This document shows, piece by piece, positions 28,950 through 36,310 of a stretch of DNA of 64,000 bases. Origin of the DNA: Verrucomicrobiota bacterium. Its GTDB lineage: Bacteria > Chlamydiota > Chlamydiia > Chlamydiales > SM23-39. The stretch is taken from contig JAGWKU010000001.1 of assembly GCA_028873375.1 (NCBI GenBank), forward strand, positions 11,763 through 75,762, given 5' to 3'. The notes beneath the pieces were generated by a model. That model searched no databases, had not been told where the DNA came from, and worked only from the letters and a program-made list of their open reading frames with translations. The translations under genes and the position numbers were made by a program. Numbering within the stretch: position 1 is the stretch's first letter; each line of letters starts with the position of its first letter.

Positions 28950-30134
28950 ATGGCTCTGTTTCGCTACGAAGCCCTCAATGAACGGGGAAAGAAAATTTCA
29001 GGTGCACTAGATGCGGAGAGTCTCTCCGATGCTAAACAAAAATTATTCAAACAATCGATTTTTTTAACGCGTATTGAGCCGCTGAGTCATGCCCCTTCCA
29101 AATCTCTCCTCAAGAAAGGAGAGGTGCTCAACTTAACGAGAGAATTAGCTCGCCTTTTGCGCGCGGGTCTTCCGCTCTATGAATCGCTCTATGCAATGGA
29201 AGAAAAATACCGCGGGCAAAAAGCTCAACGACTTTTTCTCGACCTTTGCGAGCAAGTGAAAGCTGGCCGCTCTTTTTCAGCCGCTCTTGCAAGACATCCA
29301 AAAACTTTTGATTTGTTATATGTTGCAATGATCGCTAATGCCGAGACAACGGGTCGGTTGGGGCCTGCTTTGGAGGAATTGAGTGTTTTGCTCAGCAAGC
29401 AACAGCATGTGCGAAAGCAGCTGATTAACGCGCTGTTGTATCCCACACTTCTTTTTGGGTTTTGCTTGTTTGTTTTTGGTTCTCTTCTTTTCTATGTCGT
29501 CCCCTCGTTGGAAGAACTTTTTGAAGGCCGAGAGTTGCACCCCTTTACCCAAATCGTTTTCTCTATTAGTCATGTTGCATGCCGTTCAAAGTTTTTTTTG
29601 GCTTCGCTCCCCGTGGCAGGAATCGGACTGGGATTTGCCATCGCTCTCTTGCCGAAATGGAAAGAAAAATGTCAGACCTATTTCTTGCGGCTCCCTCTTT
29701 TGAATCGACTTTTTGCTAAAGTAGCGCTCATTCGTTTTTGCCGTGCGTCGGCGACGCTGCTTGAGGGCGGGGTCCCCATTGTCGCTGCCTTTTCTCAAGC
29801 TCGAACGACCATGCGCCATCTCATTTTAGAAGAAGTGGTTCGACATGCTGAACAAGTGATTGCTCAAGGCGAGCCAATCCATGCTCCTTTTACCGGCCAT
29901 CCACTCATTCCCCCCCTCGTGCCTCGAATGCTCGGGATTGCCGAAGAAGGGGGCAACCTTCCCAGCATGATGCGGCAAATTGCGGAAATTTATGAAGAAG
30001 ATCTAGAACAAGCACTGGCTCGTTTTTCCACTGTTGCACAGCCTGCATTACTCCTCTTTTTAGGAGCTATTGTAGGTTTTGTTCTCCTCTCGGTATTATT
30101 GCCGATTACAGATGTTGGTTCATTTGCAAATTAA
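28950..30134 (+). CDS. gspF: type II secretion inner-membrane platform protein GspF
   Basis: Duplicated T2SSF domains (..LRAGLPLYESL.. and ..LLEGGVPIVAAF..), three TM segments, 394 aa. Starts 1 nt after the gspE stop. Confidence 0.85.
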   Translation: MALFRYEALNERGKKISGALDAESLSDAKQKLFKQSIFLTRIEPLSHAPSKSLLKKGEVLNLTRELARLLRAGLPLYESLYAMEEKYRGQKAQRLFLDLCEQVKAGRSFSAALARHPKTFDLLYVAMIANAETTGRLGPALEELSVLLSKQQHVRKQLINALLYPTLLFGFCLFVFGSLLFYVVPSLEELFEGRELHPFTQIVFSISHVACRSKFFLASLPVAGIGLGFAIALLPKWKEKCQTYFLRLPLLNRLFAKVALIRFCRASATLLEGGVPIVAAFSQARTTMRHLILEEVVRHAEQVIAQGEPIHAPFTGHPLIPPLVPRMLGIAEEGGNLPSMMRQIAEIYEEDLEQALARFSTVAQPALLLFLGAIVGFVLLSVLLPITDVGSFAN

Positions 30135-30144
30135 AGGATTTATT

Positions 30145-30510
30145 ATGAAAAAAAGAACCTTAACTCTTCTCGAAGTGATGATTGTGATTCTATTGATTAG
30201 CCTCATCACAGGCGTCATCGGTTATAATATGAAGGGATCGCTCGACAAAGGGAAAAAATTTAAATCGATTCAAGCTAAAGAGCAGTTGCACGACATGCTT
30301 TTGATGTGTGTTGCTGAAGGAAAAGATCCGGAGAAAGTTCAGAAAGAACCTGAACAAGCACTCAAGGCACTTGGCCTTGCAAAAGATCTTAAGAAGCTGA
30401 TGAAAGATGGGTGGGGAGCTCCTTTTAGCATTACTCTGACTTCGGATAAAAAAGATTTTGAAATTACTTCCAAAAATAAACATTTTTATGAAGAGAAAGA
30501 AGGAGAATAG
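30145..30510 (+). CDS. gspG: GspG-like pseudopilin
   Basis: MKKRTLTLLEVMIVILLISLITGV is a prepilin-type N-terminal hydrophobic helix with a Glu at the +5-equivalent position. 121 aa. Confidence 0.7.
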   Translation: MKKRTLTLLEVMIVILLISLITGVIGYNMKGSLDKGKKFKSIQAKEQLHDMLLMCVAEGKDPEKVQKEPEQALKALGLAKDLKKLMKDGWGAPFSITLTSDKKDFEITSKNKHFYEEKEGE

Positions 30511-30964
30511 ATTCTTCACCCTCCTTGAAGTGATGGTGGCAATTGCTATTTTGGCTATTGCGGGCGGCGCAATGTATTGGCGCGTCGATCGATGGCTTGA
30601 AGTACAACGTTTTAAACAGGATACGAATCGCCTGGAGAGTTTTTTGTTGTATGCGCAGGCGCTCGCAATCAATACCCATGCCGATTGGCAGGTGGTCATT
30701 GAAAGCGGAAAAGAGGGATGTAAAGTCAGAATTTTGTGTGTAGAAGACCCTGAGCGATTGAATTTTGCAAAGCAGCCATCCCCTCTCCATAAAGGACAAC
30801 TTTATTTCAATCATGCATTGACAAATAGGGTCATTGTAGATTTTTTTTCAACCGGTCACGTGGCGCCCACAGGAGTATTGACACTACGCTATAAAGAGTC
30901 GAAGAGGGAGTTTCTTTTACCTCAGCTCTTTCGCCAGGAAGAAAATCCGACTTGCCGAAATTAG
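30488..30964 (+). CDS. second pseudopilin (GspH-like or minor pseudopilin)
   Basis: MKRKKENRFFTLLEVMVAIAILAIAGG is a prepilin-type N-terminus. It overlaps the preceding gene by 23 nt. Confidence 0.6.
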   Translation: MKRKKENRFFTLLEVMVAIAILAIAGGAMYWRVDRWLEVQRFKQDTNRLESFLLYAQALAINTHADWQVVIESGKEGCKVRILCVEDPERLNFAKQPSPLHKGQLYFNHALTNRVIVDFFSTGHVAPTGVLTLRYKESKREFLLPQLFRQEENPTCRN

Positions 30965-31005
30965 AATTTTTCTCTACCTTTAAAGCAAAATGGTTCCCAA
31001 ATATC

Positions 31006-33633
31006 ATGAAAAAAATCTTCTTTCTTTTAGTTCTTAGTTTTTCCTCTCTCGGTTTTGCTGCTGCAACAGAGATCACCGCAGAATCGCTCCCTCAATTGGT
31101 CCTTTCTCTAAAGGCGCGGGAGCCGAATTGGCGAGCTGATGTGGCAAAATCTTATTCGAACGGCAGTCCGCAGGTGGTCCTTTTTTACCAGCCTTTATTA
31201 GATGGCGGAGAAATTCCAATAAAAGAAATTTTATTCCACGAAAATGGACGAATCCAAGCTGAAATGGACGTCATTTTGGTCGATGAAGGATCTTCAGTCG
31301 CTAAAGAATGGGGATCCAATATAGTCGTCCATGGAATGAGGGTCGATTTCAACCCAGAGGGACAACTTGCAAAAGCAGCTTCCTTTGAACGGGGCGTTTT
31401 GCGCGGAGAAGTCCGTTTCTTTTCTCCAGAAGGAAAAGTGCTTCTCTCTCAATTTTTCTCGCACGGGAAGCCCAATGGCCGAGCACTTGCTTTTTATGAA
31501 AATGGGAAACTGAAAGAAGAAGCTTTCTACTCCAACGGAGAGTTAGATGGCGACCTCGTCCAATATTATGAGACTGGGACCAAAGCTGCATTGATTCCTC
31601 ACAAAGAGGGAAAAGCGGATGGCCTCGCGATGGAATGGTATGCGAATGGGACTGTTCGAGCGCAGCGCCGGTTTTCTAAGGGTCAGTTGGAAGGAGATGG
31701 CAAAAATCCTGCTGTCATTCTGTACGATGAAGAACACCGAGTTCGCGAAGTGGCTGACTTCCGAGGTGGAAAACCATTTGGGTTCCACACTCGTTATCAT
31801 GAAAATGGAAAAGAACAGTATCGCGTTCAGTACAGAAATGGAGTCAAAGTTGGCAAAGAACTCACCTTTGCAGAAAACGGGACTCTGTTAGGACAAGGAA
31901 TTTATGAAGAGGGAATCCCAGTCGGGAAACATTGGCGCAATCACCCCGATGGATCTGCAGCATATCGAGCAGAATATGATCAGCAAGGGAAACTGCTCGG
32001 AGCAATCAACGAATTTCATGAAAATGGTCAGAAGAGCCGCGAATATTGGATTCTGAATGAAAAATTGGATGGCCTTTACACAGAATGGTATTCTGATGGT
32101 CAGGTAAAAGTTGAGTACCATTATTCAGTTGGCAAGTACGACGGAGAACAAAAAGAGTATTATCCTTCTGGCCAAATCAAAGTACATACTCGTTATAAAG
32201 ACGAAAAGCGAGATGGTCTGCATGAAGAGTGGCATGAAAATGGAGTATTAGCAAAGAAAGTCAATTTTGCCGCTGGATTGAAAGACGGTCCTTCTGCAGA
32301 GTGGTACGCCAATGGGAATACGAAATTAGATGCCTATTTCCAAGCCGATCATCCAGATGGCGTCCAGTCAGAATGGTTTGAAAATGGTCAGCTAAAAACG
32401 CGGGTCGAATATTCGTTTGGCTTAAAACAAGGGATGCATCGCGAGTGGAATGAAAAAAGTGGTGTTCTGTTTGAAGCCACTTATTATCGCGATTTAGTGG
32501 AAGGTTCTCTTCTTACTTGGTGGGATTCTGGTCAAATTCGGACACGACTCAATTTTGAAAATGGCCTAAAAGAAGGGGTCCAACAATGGTTTTATGAAAA
32601 TGGCCAGTTGGAAAGAGTAGCAGTCTTTCATCGCGATTTGAGCGAGGGAGATCTCACTGCATGGTACAATGATGGCTCCATTCAATCGATCCAACATTTT
32701 CACGATGGGAAACCGATCGGCGAACATCGAGAATACTATCCATCAGCGCAAGCCGGGCAACCCGATGAAGAAAGGCTCGCACGCTGTGTGCACTACGATG
32801 AAGAGGGAAAGCTTCACGGTGCTGAAACGACTTTTTATCGAGATGGGAAAACCCAAGGCATTATTTTTTACGACCATGGCAAACTCAACGGAATGAAAAA
32901 ATTGTGGGATGCACAAGGAGCCTTGGTTGAAGAAGCGAACTATTCTCAAGGAAAATTGGATGGACGTTTCTTTCAAAAAATGGCCGATGGTCGAGAAATC
33001 GTTTTTACATATCGAGATAACTTCAAAAATGGTCTGCACGAGATCTTTTATGCCTCATCAACGAGTGGGCGGAAAATAAAAGCGGTCGAGGCCAATTTTG
33101 AAAGTGATCAATTACACGGATTGGTGACTGAATATAATGATCGCGGACTCAAAATTGCTGAAACGCCTTATGAAAAAGGGGTGAAGCAGGGCCGTGCTCG
33201 GCTATTTGGGGCTGACGGGAAATTGGTCACGACGGTCGATTACTTCAATAATCAACGCGAAGGGTTGATCACTCATTATTTCCCCAATGGCGCTGTCTTC
33301 CGAGAAACGCCTTATGTAACAGACAAGCGGGAAGGCGATGAGAAAACCTATCATGAAGATGGCTCTCTAGCTTCGATTTTCCACTATCAAGACGATCAGC
33401 TGCATGGCCTTTCTCAAAGCTGGAATCGGGAAGGGACGCTTGTCTTTGAAGCGGAATACCACAAAGGTCAGCGACACGGCTTCTTTAAGAAGTATTACGA
33501 AAGTGGAAAACCTCTCTTGGTTCAGTTCTTTGCCTTTGATAAGCCAAACGGTGAAAAGCGGAAATATGATCAAAATGGCAATATGACCGTTTCTTACTAT
33601 AAAGAAGGCGAATTGCTAGAAGCTACACGCTAA
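31006..33633 (+). CDS. secreted MORN-repeat (MORN_2/YwqK-like) protein, 875 aa
   Basis: Signal peptide MKKIFFLLVLSFSSLGFAAA. More than 25 tandem units of about 23 aa follow, of the form G.(K/R)(D/E)G....(W/Y)(Y/H).NG.(L/I)....Y..G...G. Confidence 0.75.
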   Translation: MKKIFFLLVLSFSSLGFAAATEITAESLPQLVLSLKAREPNWRADVAKSYSNGSPQVVLFYQPLLDGGEIPIKEILFHENGRIQAEMDVILVDEGSSVAKEWGSNIVVHGMRVDFNPEGQLAKAASFERGVLRGEVRFFSPEGKVLLSQFFSHGKPNGRALAFYENGKLKEEAFYSNGELDGDLVQYYETGTKAALIPHKEGKADGLAMEWYANGTVRAQRRFSKGQLEGDGKNPAVILYDEEHRVREVADFRGGKPFGFHTRYHENGKEQYRVQYRNGVKVGKELTFAENGTLLGQGIYEEGIPVGKHWRNHPDGSAAYRAEYDQQGKLLGAINEFHENGQKSREYWILNEKLDGLYTEWYSDGQVKVEYHYSVGKYDGEQKEYYPSGQIKVHTRYKDEKRDGLHEEWHENGVLAKKVNFAAGLKDGPSAEWYANGNTKLDAYFQADHPDGVQSEWFENGQLKTRVEYSFGLKQGMHREWNEKSGVLFEATYYRDLVEGSLLTWWDSGQIRTRLNFENGLKEGVQQWFYENGQLERVAVFHRDLSEGDLTAWYNDGSIQSIQHFHDGKPIGEHREYYPSAQAGQPDEERLARCVHYDEEGKLHGAETTFYRDGKTQGIIFYDHGKLNGMKKLWDAQGALVEEANYSQGKLDGRFFQKMADGREIVFTYRDNFKNGLHEIFYASSTSGRKIKAVEANFESDQLHGLVTEYNDRGLKIAETPYEKGVKQGRARLFGADGKLVTTVDYFNNQREGLITHYFPNGAVFRETPYVTDKREGDEKTYHEDGSLASIFHYQDDQLHGLSQSWNREGTLVFEAEYHKGQRHGFFKKYYESGKPLLVQFFAFDKPNGEKRKYDQNGNMTVSYYKEGELLEATR

Positions 33634-33653
33634 ATGTAAAGCCGCTTTACATT
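33632..33653. repeat. palindromic repeat copy 5 (aaatgtaaagc-c-gctttacatt)
   Basis: Starts inside the TAA stop codon (33631-33633) of the MORN gene. Confidence 0.95.
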
Positions 33654-33678
33654 GTTATAAGCAAAGAAAAAATAATCG

Positions 33679-33969
33679 CTACAGCTCGTCGGGATGCTCC
33701 GCCCCTGCCTCCAGGGGCCTACCTGCGGCTTCGAGGACCAGTCGCTACGCTTCTTTTCGCGGTATTCCCACCCCTAAAGGCGCATCGCCTTTAGGGGTGG
33801 GAATACGCGATAGGACGGCCTTTAGGACGTCCGGTCGGCAAAGTCGCAGTTAGGGTCCCTGGGCCGCGGGGGCTGCGGAATCGGGGAAAAGGTTCAGTGA
33901 ACCTTTTCCCCGCGGAGCAGGTGAGCGGAGCGAACTGGCCCCGAAGGGGAGCAGCCCGACGGGCTATAG
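33679..33969. other. GC-rich multi-hairpin element with 22-nt imperfect inverted termini (candidate structured ncRNA or MITE-like element)
   Basis: No ORF of 60 aa or more in any frame. The termini ctacagctcgtcgggatgctcc (33679-33700) and ggagcagcccgacgggctatag (33948-33969) are complementary at 19 of 22 positions. Internal perfect hairpins: 33701-33718 (7 bp), 33757-33810 (19 bp perfect plus 4 bp after one bulge, 7-nt loop) and 33882-33912 (13 bp, 5-nt loop). Confidence 0.5.
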
Positions 33970-34007
33970 AAGTTAAGTATTATTTATTCAGCAACTTCAA
34001 TTGATTT

Positions 34008-34574
34008 TCAAATAGTTACGTCTAAAATCGGCAAACGGAATTGGTGAAGATGGGCAATTCCGTAACGGCGGCTTTCTATGAGGTCGAGGCCTGGGTAGGC
34101 TGGAGGAGGCGCTTTCGGCTTATACCGTTCTTCTAAAAAAAGTAAGCCTCTAGGTGCAAGGAGCTTGCGCTCTACAATTAGCGCGATGAGAGGCTCAACT
34201 TTCAGGTCGTAGGGGGGATCTATATAGATGAAATCGTAGGGGCTCAGGAGCCGAGAGAGGGCTAGAGAGGCGTCCATTGAAAGGATTTGGACCTGGGGTT
34301 CGACTTGAAGAAAGACCGCATTTTCTCGAATGCATGCAGCTGCTCGTTTATCTCGTTCGACAAATGTGACAAATGAAGCTCCTCTGCTGATAGCTTCAAA
34401 TCCAATTGCTCCACTTCCTGCAAAGAGATCTAAGATGCGTGCGTGAGCGATGAAATCTTGGCATATATTGAAGAGAGCTTGTCTCAATAAGCTTGTTGTA
34501 GGGCGAGTTTGAGGGCCTTTTGGAGTTTTGAGAAAGCGGCCGCCAAAAAGGCCGCCAATGATGCGAAGGGTCAT
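34008..34574 (-). CDS. rsmD: 16S rRNA (guanine966-N2)-methyltransferase RsmD
   Basis: RPTTSLLRQALFNI, SAM motif ILDLFAGSGAIGFEAISRGA, and catalytic IYIDPPY. Confidence 0.85.
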   Translation of the reverse strand: MTLRIIGGLFGGRFLKTPKGPQTRPTTSLLRQALFNICQDFIAHARILDLFAGSGAIGFEAISRGASFVTFVERDKRAAACIRENAVFLQVEPQVQILSMDASLALSRLLSPYDFIYIDPPYDLKVEPLIALIVERKLLAPRGLLFLEERYKPKAPPPAYPGLDLIESRRYGIAHLHQFRLPILDVTI

Positions 34575-36310
34575 TCGAAAGCCGCTTGAAGATCGAAAGG
34601 TTCGAGAAGACTTTTTGCAATTTCAAGATGTTTTGGGTTGTCATCAGCCACATAGAGTTCATACTGGAGATAAGCCTGTTTCAAAGCCCACTCCGAGCGG
34701 AGGGTGTGGCCGCCCTTTTTTGCATTGAGGAACGAAATGTTTTTCTTAATGTTTAACCATCGATCTTTCAGGCGGCCTTGCACAAAGAGAATAAAATCGT
34801 CCAATGTTTCTGTTGTTCCAATGATTACGTAAGGTTGGCCCATGTAAAGATGGGGAGCGACTGAAGATTTTGGATAGAGCTCGATTTTCCCGCTGGGGCC
34901 GCGCGAAACCGCTGTTGCAGCGAGGTTCTTAGCGACCGGGTATTTGATATTTTTAATGAGCTTAAGGAGTTTTCGCTTAATTCCACGATTGGTTGAGGAA
35001 GAATAGAGACGACCTTTATTAAAGGCACATACCGTATCGAGAGTAGCGAGGTGTTGATCGGAATTCATTCCAATGGCGTAAAGAGCGGTGCGGCCTGCAT
35101 TGCGAAGAGACCAATCGTGGAGAATTTCTCTTTGAAAATTCTTTTTCCCTAAATTTTCTGCATCGGAAAGAAGAATGGCTGTATAAAGCTCGTTTTCTTG
35201 CACTTCTGCTGGAATGGTTTGCAAAAGAGGTTTGTAGAGATCGGGGAAAGAAAAAAAACTGCCGAGAATGATTTTGTCTAAGAAAGTCTCTGCGCGAACT
35301 TGAGCTTGGGGGGTCGCAGGGGTAAGAGTGGGAAACAATTTTTCAACTTTGCTATCGAAAATGAGCACGTTGAATGAGTCATCGGCATCGAGTTCGTTGA
35401 TTGCTTTTTCAACTGCATTTTTCGAAGCAATGAGGCGGTCTTGTTGAATTGAGTTAGAGCGGTCGATCAGGAAGAAAATGTTTTGTCGCAGCTTAGGGAG
35501 GTCAAGATCAGGATGAGCGACAAATGTAATGGCAAAAATATAGCCCGGCCCATCTTCGCGGGGAAGAAAGACCACTTCTGAATCGAAGCAATTGGAGAGA
35601 TTGACCGTTTCAAGCTCCGAGAGAGAGGGAAACTGCGGCATATTGGGAGAAGGAAGAGTGGGAGTAGCAGGCTTGGGAAGAGAGACTTCATTGAGTACAG
35701 GCGCAGAAAGAACGAGGGGTTCTGAAAATGGAATATTCGAGGCGGAGAGGGTGTGGTGGTCGAGAGCAGGTGCTTCCGCGATGAGGGCATTACTCGAAGA
35801 ATTTTCTATATTGGGAAGGAACTCGGGAGGCGTTTTTTCTTCAGGAGGGGTGGATGCCAATAGATCATGAGGCAGAGAAGCAAAGAGATCGAGGGGTTGA
35901 AGAGGGGGTAAGGTGAAATTGCGAATGGGAAATAGATCATTATTGGCTGCGAGGAGCTGTTCGATGGGGAATGGGAGCGGAAGCGGGGGCGAAATGGAGG
36001 GTTCGGGGACGTTGATTGAGCGGTGAGTGAGTCGAAGAGGCGTGGGTTCTACTGTAGGTGTGAGAGGCGTTGGGGTTTGTTCACTGGCTGGAGGTGTTTC
36101 AAATGCTTCGCGGAGGATTTTATCGCGAGGAGCTTTGTCGGTGAGCTGGAGCCAGGGGGTTTCGATTCCTGCGACATGAGGGGTGGCATGAGAATAAAAC
36201 CAGAGAGAGTGCCGCTGGAGGAAGGCAAGAAATCCAGTATGTACGCTAAAGGAAGTAACGATGCAGAGCGAGAGGAGGAAACGGCGAGTTGGTTTAAATG
36301 GGCTGTTCAT
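34571..36310 (-). CDS. membrane-anchored von Willebrand factor A (VWA) domain protein
   Basis: N-terminal TM, a Pro-rich linker, then VWA with the MIDAS motif FFLIDRSNSIQQDRL (DxSxS) and ..FNVLIFDS... 4-nt overlap with rsmD. Confidence 0.7.
   Translation of the reverse strand: MNSPFKPTRRFLLSLCIVTSFSVHTGFLAFLQRHSLWFYSHATPHVAGIETPWLQLTDKAPRDKILREAFETPPASEQTPTPLTPTVEPTPLRLTHRSINVPEPSISPPLPLPFPIEQLLAANNDLFPIRNFTLPPLQPLDLFASLPHDLLASTPPEEKTPPEFLPNIENSSSNALIAEAPALDHHTLSASNIPFSEPLVLSAPVLNEVSLPKPATPTLPSPNMPQFPSLSELETVNLSNCFDSEVVFLPREDGPGYIFAITFVAHPDLDLPKLRQNIFFLIDRSNSIQQDRLIASKNAVEKAINELDADDSFNVLIFDSKVEKLFPTLTPATPQAQVRAETFLDKIILGSFFSFPDLYKPLLQTIPAEVQENELYTAILLSDAENLGKKNFQREILHDWSLRNAGRTALYAIGMNSDQHLATLDTVCAFNKGRLYSSSTNRGIKRKLLKLIKNIKYPVAKNLAATAVSRGPSGKIELYPKSSVAPHLYMGQPYVIIGTTETLDDFILFVQGRLKDRWLNIKKNISFLNAKKGGHTLRSEWALKQAYLQYELYVADDNPKHLEIAKSLLEPFDLQAAFE

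Noticed and set aside
33679-33969. Identification of the structured element as RNase P RNA, tmRNA, 6S RNA, SRP RNA, a retron msr/msd, or group II intron domains.
   Set aside because: I could not find the hallmark strings (GGAAAGTCC or ACAGAACCCGGCTTA for RNase P, a tRNA-like ..TCCACCA end for tmRNA, the GGAAG/AGCA SRP motif, or domain V). No reverse transcriptase gene is adjacent. This needs a covariance-model search to be definitive.
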